A DNA stretch of 64,000 bases from Halorutilales archaeon Cl-col2-1 (GCA_041891055.1 CP169074.1:992001-1056000); one strand, 5' to 3'. Positions 1-10,770 are shown, counted from the first letter of the stretch. The notes: generated by a model not told the origin, from the letters alone. A program made the numbers and translations.

Positions 1-2357
1 CCTAATCCCGAGAAAGACACAGACACAGACCCACCCTCTCTGACATCAACTTCGGAGACATCGGTGTCTATCGATACCGAGGAGTCGCCCGTACTCACGT
101 TATACTCCCCTGGATACGGTACACGCAGAGAGAAACTGCGGTTCTGAGACTCAGTAGACTTCGAGTACACGAACTCTGTCTCGGGTATCTCGACACGTGT
201 TGAGGCTGTCACAGTAGAAGTCGAGTTAGACGAGACGTTGCCCTCTAAGACCGCGCCCTCAACTAAGGCAAACGCCTTCGTACTACCGTCGGAGTAGATC
301 CCTCTGTACCTGCCCGTCCGTGTGTCGAGTCTCGAGAGACGTGAGAAGACCGAGTCCGAGGGCACCGACCCCGACACATACGAGTCGCGGAGGACTACGA
401 ATCCCATCCTGCCGGAGTACTCACTGTAGACATCCTCTGGAGACTGTGACGACACGAATCCGTCGTAGTTACTCCGTGAGAAGCCGTATGACCCCGACTC
501 GCCGTTCACGAAGTAGTTATACATGCGGCTCTCTCCCCAGTTACTCAGAACCCGGTTGTTTGGATAAGACAGGTTGGCGTCGTCGGAGTACTCCTCCATG
601 GCGAGTGCGGCATCGTGCTGTGTCTCATCAGGTACTACCTTGTTGACCTGCACGGGGGTCTGTGCGACGTTTAACCCGGCGACGAGAGAAAACAGGAGAA
701 CGATGTATACAGACGTACTCAGACTCGGCATACTCACACCGGAGATGCCGTCTCCGAACGCCTCGAACTTCTGTGTCAGATCCATAGTATAAGACAGATG
801 CACGAAGCCTATCCCCGACAGAACAGCGAGGAGTACCGACAGCTGACCCGCGAACCTCTGCTGTATCAGAGCCAGAACCGCGAAGTACACTGTATATACT
901 GAGACCACCATCCATCCCTCAGATCCTTCGTCGTTGTCGTAGATGCCTCTTACAACCCACAGGAGATAGCCTATCCCGAGGAGATGGAGTGTGCCAAACT
1001 GTACGAAAGGACCGAAGAACCCGAACTCGCCTATGATCGACTGAGTCTCGACTATGTTACTACCGCTCAGACCCAAGAAAGCCGATATCTCCCCTCTGAG
1101 GCTCTCGGCTTCTTCGGGTAGACCGAACCAGAATCCGAGGGCTCCGGCTGTGAGTATCCCCGTTTCAGTCACAAGTGCCGTCCTCGTCGATCCTCCGACT
1201 CTGTAGACAGCCTCCGACCCGAGACTCAGAGCCACGGCACCTCCTAAGAGATAGATCGGGATATTGGCTACCGTGTCGGTATGCCATCCGTGCACAGAAT
1301 GGACGTAATAAGTGACCGACGACGTCACGAGAAGGGCTAAGAGAATCGGGGAGTTGTACTCAAGCGGAGAGGCTGACTCCGTTGTCGGGTCACGTACCGC
1401 ATTTACGGATCTTATAAATACATAGGCTCCTACCGGTGCTATGAGAGCCGGGCTATGATCCCACGATAGCACCTGTCCCGCAATGGAGAGTCCGAGTAAG
1501 ACGGAGAGTATCCACGTACTGGGCTTTCGGTTTCTTATGTAGTCGGTTCGAGTGTCGGTGTCAGACAGATACACGAGCCCTACGAGGGTAAACGAGAGCC
1601 ACACGTAATCGAATGCGTGGTGATCGGAGAAGCCAAGAGCCGTACGGAGGGCATGACCCGGTATGACAGCAAGCATAACCACAGAAGCTATACCCGCTCT
1701 GGCATCGTCGGTGAGCTTCTTGGCTATGAGATAGACAGAGACACCCGCTATCAGTGCCGAGACGACTGGGTACAGTCCGACGACCAGTAGCGTTGATCCG
1801 AATACCTCCGAGACCGTCCCGAGACTGTACACCAGAAGAGGCTCGCCCTTCTTCTGTCCGAAGCCGAGACTCCCCTCGGAGATGAATCTCTGTGTCCAGT
1901 AGAGGTAAGCGTAGGGATCGTTGCCGAGAAGGACTACGTCGCCCTTTCTGAAGACGGTGGGGTAGAAGTAAGACCGAAACGCTACGATAAGAAGGAATGA
2001 CAGACTGACACCGAGAAGCCAGACACGGCTGATCTCGATATTCAGGTTGGTGTCACGTAACGGGATATCGACGTTAGAATCAGCAGAATGAGTCTCCCTC
2101 TGGATTTCGTCTTGCGACTCTGGTTCTACTGCTGAGACTAGGGAGTCGGTATCGGATACCGAGTATAGACCCGTCGCGGTGTCTTTCTCTATAATACCCC
2201 TCGACACCAACTCGCCGAACTCCCCCGAGTCGAAAGGAGTGTCATCGAAGTCCCACGACTCGTTAGACGAGTCTATCTCTATAAGTTGACGTAGAGAATC
2301 CTCGATATCCGGCTTCTCGTCAAGGAGATCCTCGACCTCCTCACGCATCTCGTCCAT
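1..2357 (-). CDS. Divergent STT3/AglB-like oligosaccharyltransferase (GT-C), 3' end runs off window
   Basis: Missing from the ORF track because there is no stop in the window. Hand translation from ATG 2357 gives multiple TM helices and the motifs GNDPYAY, GFSDHHAFD, NIVETQS and QQRF; the WWDYG position reads VLSNWGESRMYNYFV. Confidence 0.85.
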   Translation of the reverse strand, partial: MDEMREEVEDLLDEKPDIEDSLRQLIEIDSSNESWDFDDTPFDSGEFGELVSRGIIEKDTATGLYSVSDTDSLVSAVEPESQDEIQRETHSADSNVDIPLRDTNLNIEISRVWLLGVSLSFLLIVAFRSYFYPTVFRKGDVVLLGNDPYAYLYWTQRFISEGSLGFGQKKGEPLLVYSLGTVSEVFGSTLLVVGLYPVVSALIAGVSVYLIAKKLTDDARAGIASVVMLAVIPGHALRTALGFSDHHAFDYVWLSFTLVGLVYLSDTDTRTDYIRNRKPSTWILSVLLGLSIAGQVLSWDHSPALIAPVGAYVFIRSVNAVRDPTTESASPLEYNSPILLALLVTSSVTYYVHSVHGWHTDTVANIPIYLLGGAVALSLGSEAVYRVGGSTRTALVTETGILTAGALGFWFGLPEEAESLRGEISAFLGLSGSNIVETQSIIGEFGFFGPFVQFGTLHLLGIGYLLWVVRGIYDNDEGSEGWMVVSVYTVYFAVLALIQQRFAGQLSVLLAVLSGIGFVHLSYTMDLTQKFEAFGDGISGVSMPSLSTSVYIVLLFSLVAGLNVAQTPVQVNKVVPDETQHDAALAMEEYSDDANLSYPNNRVLSNWGESRMYNYFVNGESGSYGFSRSNYDGFVSSQSPEDVYSEYSGRMGFVVLRDSYVSGSVPSDSVFSRLSRLDTRTGRYRGIYSDGSTKAFALVEGAVLEGNVSSNSTSTVTASTRVEIPETEFVYSKSTESQNRSFSLRVPYPGEYNVSTGDSSVSIDTDVSEVDVREGGSVSVSFSGL

Positions 2358-2448
2358 GGTTGAGATTATATCTAGTACGTAGTATAAAACTACTTACAGA
2401 CGTCGTCTATCCGACAGTATCAAAAAACCCCAGACCAATCTCGGTATA

Positions 2449-3285
2449 ATGACCGATATATCCCCTCTCATATCCCTGGTAATCGGCGTATTACAGGGTG
2501 TCTTCGAGTGGCTGCCCATATCGAGCGAGGGCAACATAACCCTGTTTCTGACTGCTTTCACTTCTCTTGAGCCCGACGCTGCGGTACAGCTGTCACTCTT
2601 TCTCCACGCGGGTACAGCCCTGTCTGCGACAGTTTATTACCGCGAAGAAGTTCTGGAGGTTCTGGACGACGTTAAGGACACGTCGAACTGGAGACCTTCG
2701 TCGGCTTTTGAACCACGTAATGCCGAAGCCTGGTTTCTGGGAGTCGCTACGTTTGCATCAGTTGTGACGGGGTTAGCCGCGTATTCGGCTATAATAGAGA
2801 TGGCAACAGAGGTCACGGGAGGTGTCTTCGTGGCGGTGATAGGACTTCTTCTGGTTATTACAGGGGTTCTACAGAGAGTAGCAGAAAGTAGAGGGAGTTA
2901 CGGTTCGCGTGATCCAAACCTCACGGACTCGTTGCTTGTGGGCGGTCTACAAGGACTCGCAATACTCCCGGGAGTCTCACGTTCGGGTACTACAGCGAGT
3001 GCGCTACTTCTACGTGGTCATGACGGTTCTACCTCCCTGCGTCTGTCTTTTCTTATGAGCATACCCGCGGCGTTCGGCGCTGGTGTTCTGACCGTCTTAG
3101 AGACCGGCGGTCTGCCTAGTGTGAGTCCGGTGTCTGCGGTAATAGCAGTTTCGGCGAGTGCCGTAGTAGGATACCTCACCATAGACGCTCTAATGAGGGT
3201 CGTCGAGAGGATAGCCTTCTGGCTCGTCTGTGTGGTCTTAGGGCTCCTCGCGGTCGTCGGCGGATACCTGACGCTCGTACTGTGA
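2449..3285 (+). CDS. uppP: Undecaprenyl/polyprenyl-diphosphate phosphatase (BacA family)
   Basis: QGVFEWLPISSEG and PGVSRSGTT BacA signatures; hydrophobic. Confidence 0.92.
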   Translation: MTDISPLISLVIGVLQGVFEWLPISSEGNITLFLTAFTSLEPDAAVQLSLFLHAGTALSATVYYREEVLEVLDDVKDTSNWRPSSAFEPRNAEAWFLGVATFASVVTGLAAYSAIIEMATEVTGGVFVAVIGLLLVITGVLQRVAESRGSYGSRDPNLTDSLLVGGLQGLAILPGVSRSGTTASALLLRGHDGSTSLRLSFLMSIPAAFGAGVLTVLETGGLPSVSPVSAVIAVSASAVVGYLTIDALMRVVERIAFWLVCVVLGLLAVVGGYLTLVL

Positions 3286-3909
3286 GTCACGCGGCGGCTC
3301 AGGAGGTTCGAGGACTGCGATAAGAAGCTTAGCGGGCTTCGACTCGGCTATCTCGTCCCACGACACGTGGGATCTCACACCCAATACGGAGAGTGAGCCA
3401 ACCCCGAAACGGAGAACAAAGCCGGTATTCGTCAGGTCTCCGAGTACTAGTGAGACAGAAGTGTTGACGAGTACTGAGGCTAGGACGACGAGGCTAATCG
3501 ACCTGACTGTCTCGTCTCGGACGTAAGCGTACGTCTCGGAGACGGTGGCGTGAACTCTCGATCTGACCCACGCGGGGACGAGAAAACTAACGGCTCTGTC
3601 GACCAGCTCTATCAAGGAGCCTACAGTTAGAGTCTCACGTAGATCTATGACCACGACCTCGGGCTCAGGCTCTGCGGTGAGCCATCTGTATAGCCAAGAA
3701 GACTCCGAGACTTCAACCGTCGATCTGCCTATACGTGAGAGCTTAGAACCGTGGACTGCTTTCTCTACGGAGTTGAGTAGATTCTGGAGACGTGACTCGT
3801 CGAATCCGTCTCTGATCGCGTCCGAGATACGTCCAAGCCCTCCGGCGACGGCTGAGCCACGTAATACGTCGATGTCTAAATCTGGGATTCTCGACTCGCT
3901 CCGGGACAT
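3238..3909 (-). CDS. Hypothetical membrane protein, co-oriented with the DUF4330 gene
   Basis: 223-aa ORF with two C-terminal hydrophobic segments; starts 4 nt after the upstream stop. Confidence 0.7.
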   Translation of the reverse strand: MSRSESRIPDLDIDVLRGSAVAGGLGRISDAIRDGFDESRLQNLLNSVEKAVHGSKLSRIGRSTVEVSESSWLYRWLTAEPEPEVVVIDLRETLTVGSLIELVDRAVSFLVPAWVRSRVHATVSETYAYVRDETVRSISLVVLASVLVNTSVSLVLGDLTNTGFVLRFGVGSLSVLGVRSHVSWDEIAESKPAKLLIAVLEPPEPPRDSQYERQVSADDREEP

Positions 3910-3913
3910 CGTT

Positions 3914-5332
3914 CTATCTGATCTGTGTCACTCTGCCGTTGACGTCTACGTTCTCGAACTCGAAGACCACGTCGTTGCCTATCCTGAGTGGCTTGCCGTG
4001 GAACCGTAGCCCTGTCTCAGTGTCGCGTGCGGTCACTCTCAGATTGAGGTAGACGTCCTTGTTTATAGGATGTTGACGCTCGAAGATCTCTCCCGAGTCG
4101 CTGGTGAGTGTAATCTTAGCGGGCTCCACCTCCTTGTCGACTACCTCGGCGAGAGTCCTGCCGCCTATCTCCTCTGACATACCCTCAGAGACCGATTCGG
4201 CGGTTTCAGGTGGGATATTATGTAGTTTTACACGTATACTCTTCTGAGTCGTGTCCTCGGAGAGTGTAGTGGTTCCCGTACTGCGTATATTACCCGTGAA
4301 GCTGTAAGATCCATTCGAGAACGTAACTGAGTTTCCGACTTCTATCCGGGTGTTGCCGAAATAAGTATCTCCCGAACGTTCGATGCTTCTGAGACTCAGA
4401 CCCGTCACGAGACGTCTCTGGTCGGAGTTGCCCGTCGGATAGAGTTCGACCGACTCGACGGTCGCCATCTCCTGTCCACGCACTCCGTACGTGTCACCGA
4501 CTTCGACGAGTTCGGCGGTCTGAGTCGGCACTGTCGACTCAGTCACGACACGAGCCATGGCTGTGGATATCTCCGAGGTGCCGGTCTGGGTTATACTCGG
4601 AGAGATGCTGTAGGAGTCAGTCTCGAAAGGCAGGGACGCTCCGATGGATGTCTGTCTCCCCGCGAAGAGCCTGTCGCCTCCCACAGAGACCGTCTCAAGA
4701 GTCATACCGAGATAGACAGTATTCTGGTTCTGTCCGCCGGGATGTACTTGTAGAGACTCCAAGACTGCGACCTCTTGTCCGCTGACGGTATAAGAGTCTC
4801 CAGCTTCTATGTTTTCTACCAGAGACGACGGGACTGTCGCCGTAGCTACCACAGGGTAGGTCTGAGTATCGAGTGTCGAGCCGTTCTGTCCTACAGATGT
4901 TACAGTACCCTCGACCCCGTACTCGTCGGTCTGTATCGGGATCGTGTCGCCCACACGTAGCCTCGATCCCCCGAACTCGAAGACAGTCTGTCCCTGTGAG
5001 TCCCCTACGAGAAGTCCGTCGAGCTTAGCACGTGCTAAGACAGAGACATTCTCGGAACTCGAAGGACTAGGAGTGGTATAGACATCCGTAACAGTCAGGT
5101 TGCCGTACGAGTTCTCCAAAGACATCGTGTCTCCTTCGGAGATGAGAGATGCGGTGTAGCTTCTCTGTGGGTCGAGTTCAACTGTGACATACCTTGTCGC
5201 CTCGTCTTGTGTCGAGAACGGGTCGACGAAGGCGACCCCGGCGACCACTACGGCTAAGACGAGTAGAACAGCCAGGGCATCGACAATATTTACGACGCCG
5301 AAGAGTCTGCCCTCGTCGTCAATTATGTCCAT
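3914..5332 (-). CDS. DUF4330-like membrane-anchored protein with internal repeats
   Basis: N-terminal IIDDEGRLFGVVNIVD plus TM helix; repeated beta-rich units ending in ..LRVG/LRIG.. Confidence 0.8.
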   Translation of the reverse strand: MDIIDDEGRLFGVVNIVDALAVLLVLAVVVAGVAFVDPFSTQDEATRYVTVELDPQRSYTASLISEGDTMSLENSYGNLTVTDVYTTPSPSSSENVSVLARAKLDGLLVGDSQGQTVFEFGGSRLRVGDTIPIQTDEYGVEGTVTSVGQNGSTLDTQTYPVVATATVPSSLVENIEAGDSYTVSGQEVAVLESLQVHPGGQNQNTVYLGMTLETVSVGGDRLFAGRQTSIGASLPFETDSYSISPSITQTGTSEISTAMARVVTESTVPTQTAELVEVGDTYGVRGQEMATVESVELYPTGNSDQRRLVTGLSLRSIERSGDTYFGNTRIEVGNSVTFSNGSYSFTGNIRSTGTTTLSEDTTQKSIRVKLHNIPPETAESVSEGMSEEIGGRTLAEVVDKEVEPAKITLTSDSGEIFERQHPINKDVYLNLRVTARDTETGLRFHGKPLRIGNDVVFEFENVDVNGRVTQIR

Positions 5333-5368
5333 GTTAGTCCCGAAACCTGCTTGCCTAATTAAAGTTGT

Positions 5369-5782
5369 CTATCCGAGACCGGCTCGTACGAACTTCATCC
5401 TCTTTTTGAGAACGATCCACGTAAGACCGAGTACCGCTCCTATACCGTTGGCTACCAAGTCGCCGAAGCCGAAGTAACGGTAAGGCAGAAACGACTGTAT
5501 GACCTCTATGCCTAAGCCGTATCCGAAGACAACCGAGAAGACTAGGAGCGCCTTGTGTAGAGAACGTCGGTCGCTTTCGCCGACTGTGGCGTACGCCAGG
5601 CTCCATCCGAGACCAGCGTACGCAAGAAAGTGTAGCCATTTGTCGAGTGGAGCGAACTCGGGCTTCGGCATCTCGGGAGGTACAGTTATGACTGATGCAT
5701 AGAAGATGACCGCGGCTACTGCGATTACGCCTAACCAGCGTAGCCACGGAGGTAACAGAGGTACAGGTATCTGTCTCTTCAT
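5369..5782 (-). CDS. VanZ-family membrane protein
   Basis: DKWLHFLAY, IEVIQSFLPYR, DLVAN motifs. Confidence 0.88.
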   Translation of the reverse strand: MKRQIPVPLLPPWLRWLGVIAVAAVIFYASVITVPPEMPKPEFAPLDKWLHFLAYAGLGWSLAYATVGESDRRSLHKALLVFSVVFGYGLGIEVIQSFLPYRYFGFGDLVANGIGAVLGLTWIVLKKRMKFVRAGLG

Positions 5783-5852
5783 CCGGTGTGGAGTGGTTGC
5801 TACAACAACAAAATATATGTCGTTTAACTCCTACTCTAATCCCGGATAAAGA

Positions 5853-7316
5853 GTGAAAGCGAGTCTGAGATACAGGTTTCTGAGAGGTGTGGGTGCAGTC
5901 GTGGCTACCGTGGTCTCCGTAGTTCTCGCTAACCATCCTCTTCTCCAGCGTGGTCTGACGACTTACGTGCCTCTCGTCAACCGTCTTAATCCTGTGGTTC
6001 TCTCCAACGGCGACCTGACTGTCACACTGATGACTACACTCGTGGTCGTACTCGGCAGTCTAATACCCCTCTTCAAGCCGAAGCCCCGGAGAATACTCGA
6101 CACCGTCTTTCTGACACACAAACGGATTCTCGTGGCGGGGTTTGCGCTCGCGGCTATCGGGTACTTCGACTACACGTACGAACTCCCGCGTCCGACTCTG
6201 ATACTCGTCGTGGCTGTCCTGTCGGTCACGTTACCCGCGTGGTTCGTCTACGTGCGTCGGTCTCCCGACACGGCAGAGACAGCGGTACTCGTGGGCAACG
6301 ACATAGAGACTATGAGAGAGATAGTCGAGAAGGATCTTCAGGAGAACCTCGTGGGATTTGTCTCGCCACTGTCTGTCTACTCCCAGATGACGGGTTCGGA
6401 TGTCTCGGTTGCGGACGGCGGCGCGTTTCTGGGTAAGCCCGAGTCGGGTGGTGTGGAGATCGAATGGCTAGGGAGCTTTACACGTCTCGACGACATACTC
6501 GTAAAGACGAACGCCGACACCGCTGTGCTTGCCTTCGTGGACGAGGATCGATCCGACTTCTTCGGGGTCTTAGACACGTGTTACGAACACGGTGTCAAGG
6601 CGAAGGCACACAGAGACCACGTTGACAGCGTTCTGATGAGTAGAGAGTCGGAAGATGAGCTCGTCGATATAGAGCTCGAGCCCATCGATCCACAGGACTA
6701 CGTCTTCAAGCGCGTCTTCGACATCGCCTTCGCGGGGTTCGGTCTGTTAGCTCTGTCCCCTCTGATCGGTGTTATCGCGGCGGCTATAAAGCTCGACAGT
6801 CCGGGTCCTGTGCTGTACGAACAGGAGCGTACCTCGGAGTTCGGTGACACGTTCAGCGTGTACAAGTTCAGGAGTATGATACCTGATGCCGAAGCTGAGA
6901 CGGGCGTTAAGCTCAGCGAGGAGGACGCAGGCGGTGTCGACCCGCGCGTTACGAGTGTCGGCAGAGTGCTACGTAAGACGCATATGGACGAGATACCCCA
7001 GCTTTGGTCGATACTCGTAGGAGACATGACTGTCGTGGGCCCACGTCCCGAACGTCCTGAGTTAGACAAAGAGATTGAGACAGGGATCGTTGAGTGGCGC
7101 AAGAGATGGTTCGTAAAACCCGGTCTGACCGGAGTTGCACAGATAAACGACGTTACGGGTCACGAGCCCGAGAAGAAGCTGAGATATGACCTCGAATACA
7201 TACGTGACCAGTCTTTCTGGCTCGATATCAAGATCGTGGTGAGACAGATCTGGATGGTCGTGGTCGACGCTCTGGGATTCGTCGTGGGTGAAGAAGACGA
7301 CGAGTCTCAAGGATAG
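5853..7316 (+). CDS. Polyprenyl-phosphate glycosylphosphotransferase (WcaJ/WbaP-like priming transferase)
   Basis: KRVFD, YKFRSM, DEIPQL, VGPRP and KPGLTG motifs of the Bac_transf domain after 4 TM helices. Confidence 0.92.
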   Translation: MKASLRYRFLRGVGAVVATVVSVVLANHPLLQRGLTTYVPLVNRLNPVVLSNGDLTVTLMTTLVVVLGSLIPLFKPKPRRILDTVFLTHKRILVAGFALAAIGYFDYTYELPRPTLILVVAVLSVTLPAWFVYVRRSPDTAETAVLVGNDIETMREIVEKDLQENLVGFVSPLSVYSQMTGSDVSVADGGAFLGKPESGGVEIEWLGSFTRLDDILVKTNADTAVLAFVDEDRSDFFGVLDTCYEHGVKAKAHRDHVDSVLMSRESEDELVDIELEPIDPQDYVFKRVFDIAFAGFGLLALSPLIGVIAAAIKLDSPGPVLYEQERTSEFGDTFSVYKFRSMIPDAEAETGVKLSEEDAGGVDPRVTSVGRVLRKTHMDEIPQLWSILVGDMTVVGPRPERPELDKEIETGIVEWRKRWFVKPGLTGVAQINDVTGHEPEKKLRYDLEYIRDQSFWLDIKIVVRQIWMVVVDALGFVVGEEDDESQG

Positions 7317-7336
7317 TCCGAGACGGCGATCCGTCT

Positions 7337-8740
7337 TTATAATATTTCTCTCAAGGTATCGAGGTCATAAAGTCGGACGTCATCCCTCTCTTTCGCCGTG
7401 TCTCTGAGATCCCGGCTGAAACCCGACCTAGAGAAGAGAGCGAATGTCTCGTCTCTGTCCTCGCCTCCCCATCTGACTTCGGACGACTTCTTCTCAAGTC
7501 TTCTGAGGAGATCGGCGTCCACCTGTCTCTCCGTCCACTTACACTCACCCAGGAGAAGACTCGCCTCGCTCTCGTCGAGACCTACTACGTCAATCTCGTT
7601 CTCTCCATACCACCAAGATCCGACTGACGAACCGTCGAACATAGACGAGTTAGCTACGGCTTCTCTACAGATGTCTTCGAATACCCTGCTCGTGTACACG
7701 TCTATACCCTCTCTTACTGTGTCGAGAACCATCTCGACTGATCCCCTTTCGAGGTCATCGAGGTTGGGGTACACGAATCTGAACCAGAAGCTGAAGAAGT
7801 TGTCTTTGATCTCGTAGATCCCTCTCTTCTTTTTCTTCTGAGACGCTGTGACAGGCACGGACTTCTCGACTAGATCGAGGCTCTGGAGCTTCTTGAGGTA
7901 CCTCGACATGTCCTTAGCCTCTCTGTGTGTCGAGTTAGCTATCTCGGTTACTGTCGTAGCCCCGAACGACATCGCTTCGAGTATGTCCATATAGCTCGAA
8001 GGCTCCCTCAACTCCTGACGCAGGAGAAACTCGGGCTCTTCGTAGAGAAAAGTGCCCTTCGACAGAATCTCGTCACGTATGTTCTCGAAGAGACCTCTCT
8101 GAGGATCGAACTTCTCGAGGTATGCCGGTATGCCTCCGAGAACGCCATATGCGCGTATCTTGTCATCGAACGGATACTCGGAGTCGGAGAAGAAATCAGT
8201 GCTGTCTCCGAACTCTAGGGGACGAAGCCTCCACTGTCCGGTTCTTCTGCCATAGAGGGGACTCTCGTAGCTAAGGACATCCTCCTCCATCATGGATATC
8301 GATGAGCCAAGGAGAACTAGCGATATCTGTGTGTCTTTCAGAATCTCGTCCCAGATAAGCTGAAACACTGACGGTACCGAGTCATCCTTTTCGACGAGGT
8401 ACGAGAACTCGTCTATCACGACGATAAGCTCGGTGTCATGACTTCTCTCACGTATGTACTTGAAGCAGTCGTCGAAGCTATCGACATCAGGCGGTATGTC
8501 GTCGAAATGTTCTGAGGCGTCTTTGGCGAGTCTCCGGGCATTAGACGAGGTGCCTCTCTGGTCAGCTAAGAAGTATATGCTCTGACTGTCGGGGACTTTT
8601 TTCTGAGTAACGTGGTTAATCAGCTCCGTCTTGCCGACTCTTCGACACCCATAGATAACGAGTAACTCGCGGTCGTTGGATCCGAGCTTCTCCTCAAGCC
8701 ACCCGATCTCCTCGTCACGGTTTACAAACTTTCGGATCAC
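7337..8740 (-). CDS. Archaeal ATPase + wHTH + DUF234 PD-(D/E)xK domain protein (likely GTG start)
   Basis: FVNR, YGCRRVGKT, IDEF, SPLYGRRT, EIDVV..GECKW. Confidence 0.88.
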   Translation of the reverse strand: MIRKFVNRDEEIGWLEEKLGSNDRELLVIYGCRRVGKTELINHVTQKKVPDSQSIYFLADQRGTSSNARRLAKDASEHFDDIPPDVDSFDDCFKYIRERSHDTELIVVIDEFSYLVEKDDSVPSVFQLIWDEILKDTQISLVLLGSSISMMEEDVLSYESPLYGRRTGQWRLRPLEFGDSTDFFSDSEYPFDDKIRAYGVLGGIPAYLEKFDPQRGLFENIRDEILSKGTFLYEEPEFLLRQELREPSSYMDILEAMSFGATTVTEIANSTHREAKDMSRYLKKLQSLDLVEKSVPVTASQKKKKRGIYEIKDNFFSFWFRFVYPNLDDLERGSVEMVLDTVREGIDVYTSRVFEDICREAVANSSMFDGSSVGSWWYGENEIDVVGLDESEASLLLGECKWTERQVDADLLRRLEKKSSEVRWGGEDRDETFALFSRSGFSRDLRDTAKERDDVRLYDLDTLREIL

Positions 8741-8763
8741 GATTATATAATCGTAGTCCGAAA
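8730..8763. promoter_or_regulatory. 34-bp palindrome over the ATPase start, putative operator
   Basis: tttcggatcacgattat|ataatcgtagtccgaaa, 2 mismatches. Confidence 0.55.
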
Positions 8764-8799
8764 AGATAGATGTTTCGGGACAGCAGTTCAATAGTTTGT

Positions 8800-8915
8800 A
8801 TCGCGGGTTGTCGGATTCAACCCCGAGGTCAAGTCAAGGAAAATCTTTGATTTTCCGTATCCCAAAAAGCTCTGCTTTTTGAAGACCCCGGGGCATTCTC
8901 CTTGTACCTCTGTAA
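8800..8915. mobile_element. Isolated IS200/IS605-type end hairpin (non-autonomous remnant) carrying a 49-bp mini-element
   Basis: ccccgaggtcaag..accccggggcattctcc resembles haloarchaeal IS605 termini; interrupted at 8834-8882. Confidence 0.6.
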
Positions 8916-8938
8916 AGAATCCTCAGGATAGTGCAGCA

Positions 8939-10234
8939 TCACCACGTCAAGCCTTCGTATACGATGTCATCTCTGGGTTCGATGACTCGCCGTCCGTCGA
9001 CTACCACTTTCTGGTTCATCGCATCGAACTCGTCGTCAAGTGCCGCGAACTCGTCCCAGTCGGTGACGACTACTGCGGCGTCGGCGTCTTCGAGTGCGTC
9101 CTCAGCCGAGTCAGCGTAATCGATGTCGCCGAAACGCTCTCTCATGTTGTTGACTGCGACGGGATCGTATGCGACTACCTCTGTGTCTCTGTCTCTGTCT
9201 TTGAGACCCTCTATCACGGGTATCGCACGTGAGTTTCTTATGTCGTCTGTGCCCGGCTTGAAGGAGAGTCCCAGGACGGCGACTCTCTTATCCACAGGAT
9301 CTATATGTTTATCAAGTAGCTGGAGGAGACGTTTTGGCTGTTTATCGTTGACTTCGACGGCGGAATGTAGCAACGAGGGATCGTATCCTTTCTCCTCGGC
9401 GGCGGCGATGAGTGCCTTGACGTCCTTCGGGAAACAGCTACCTCCCCAGCCTACTCCACTTCTCAGAAACTCCGAGCTTATGCGATGATCGAGTCCTATA
9501 GCGTCGGCGACCTCGTAGGCGTCGACTCCGTACTCCTTACAGATGTTGCCGAGTTCGTTTATGAGACTGACCTTCGAGGCGAGGAAGGCGTTGTTGGCGT
9601 ACTTGATCATCTCCGCCTCTCTAACTCCCGTCTCAACTACTGGTACGTCGTCGTTGCGTTCTACGAGAGGATCAAAGACCCGTCTTAGCTTCTCGTTGTC
9701 TTGGTTCTGCCCGAGAACTATCTTGTCAGGATGTAGAAAGTCGTCTACTGCGGTGCCTTCACGTAGGAACTCGGGGTTCATCGCCACGCTGAATTCTTCT
9801 CCTTCTTCTTTGTCCGAATTTTCTTCTATGATCGGGGTGAGAACCTCCTCGGTCGTACCAGGCACTACGGTACTCTTGACTACGACTGTGTGGCTGTCAT
9901 CCTTATGTCCCAACGCCTCGCCGAGTGACTCCGCTCCCTTCTTCATGTAGGTTAGATCGATACTGCCATCGTCGTTCGACGGTGTGGGGAGAGCGAGAAA
10001 CGTCACCTCGGTGTCGTTGACGGTACTGTAATCCGTCGTCGCTGTGAGACGGTCGCCGCCGTGTTCGGCTATAAGCTCATCCAACTGAGGCTCGTGTATA
10101 GGTGCTTCTCCCGAGTTTATGCTCTCTACTACGTCTTCGTCTATGTCTATGTTCGTAACTTCGTGTCCGAGGTCGGCGAAACACGCTGCCACCGTCGTAC
10201 CCACGTAGCCGCTCCCTACGATGCTTATCTTCAT
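8939..10234 (-). CDS. aglM: UDP-glucose 6-dehydrogenase
   Basis: [24 protein letters not shown]. Confidence 0.95.
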   Translation of the reverse strand: MKISIVGSGYVGTTVAACFADLGHEVTNIDIDEDVVESINSGEAPIHEPQLDELIAEHGGDRLTATTDYSTVNDTEVTFLALPTPSNDDGSIDLTYMKKGAESLGEALGHKDDSHTVVVKSTVVPGTTEEVLTPIIEENSDKEEGEEFSVAMNPEFLREGTAVDDFLHPDKIVLGQNQDNEKLRRVFDPLVERNDDVPVVETGVREAEMIKYANNAFLASKVSLINELGNICKEYGVDAYEVADAIGLDHRISSEFLRSGVGWGGSCFPKDVKALIAAAEEKGYDPSLLHSAVEVNDKQPKRLLQLLDKHIDPVDKRVAVLGLSFKPGTDDIRNSRAIPVIEGLKDRDRDTEVVAYDPVAVNNMRERFGDIDYADSAEDALEDADAAVVVTDWDEFAALDDEFDAMNQKVVVDGRRVIEPRDDIVYEGLTW

Positions 10235-10320
10235 TGTGTTGGAGTTAGAATGCTTCTGAATTAATCTTTCTCGTTATCTATAGAATATAGTCTGACTAAA
10301 TTTTGTCTCAAACCGTTAGT

Positions 10321-10770
10321 TCACTCCCAGAACGATCTGACACGAGAATCCAGTTCATCTATCACTAGAGTCAAAACCTCTCGCCAGTCATTCGAAAAAT
10401 CAGCATCCTCCCCGGGCTTCTCTGCTACTGGTGGTGGGTGAAAATGGTCTCTCGTGTTGTGGCTGTTGGGGTGTCTGTCCCATCGACACTCCCAAGTATT
10501 ATCGTTATTATGTTGCTCTCTGTAGTGGACATTAAAGTCGTCTGTCTTGTACCATCGAATCTGTATATATGCAGTTTGGATATGTGAGGGGAAGTATCCT
10601 AAGTTGTATTCAGCAATTACCGAGTTGGGTGATCCTTTGGGACGAACCTCGACATCGGAGAAACGCTCACTCCCTGAAAGATATCCTCCTATCCGATCAA
10701 GAACATCGGTGTCTATCGACGCCACGTCTTTATCGGTTAGTTCGTCATCGGACTGACCTCTGTCAGGCAT
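10321..10770 (-). CDS. Putative toxin-like partner (RWDRHPN..HFHPPP family)
   Basis: Overlaps the HTH gene; paralog at 12140. Confidence 0.7.
   Translation of the reverse strand: MPDRGQSDDELTDKDVASIDTDVLDRIGGYLSGSERFSDVEVRPKGSPNSVIAEYNLGYFPSHIQTAYIQIRWYKTDDFNVHYREQHNNDNTWECRWDRHPNSHNTRDHFHPPPVAEKPGEDADFSNDWREVLTLVIDELDSRVRSFWE

Noticed and set aside
320-915. Short ORFs 320..646, 574..792, 628..915
   Set aside because: Shadow frames of the STT3-like gene.
9180-9201. (tctctg)n micro-repeat in aglM
   Set aside because: Short in-frame DRDRD loop with no sign of phase variation.
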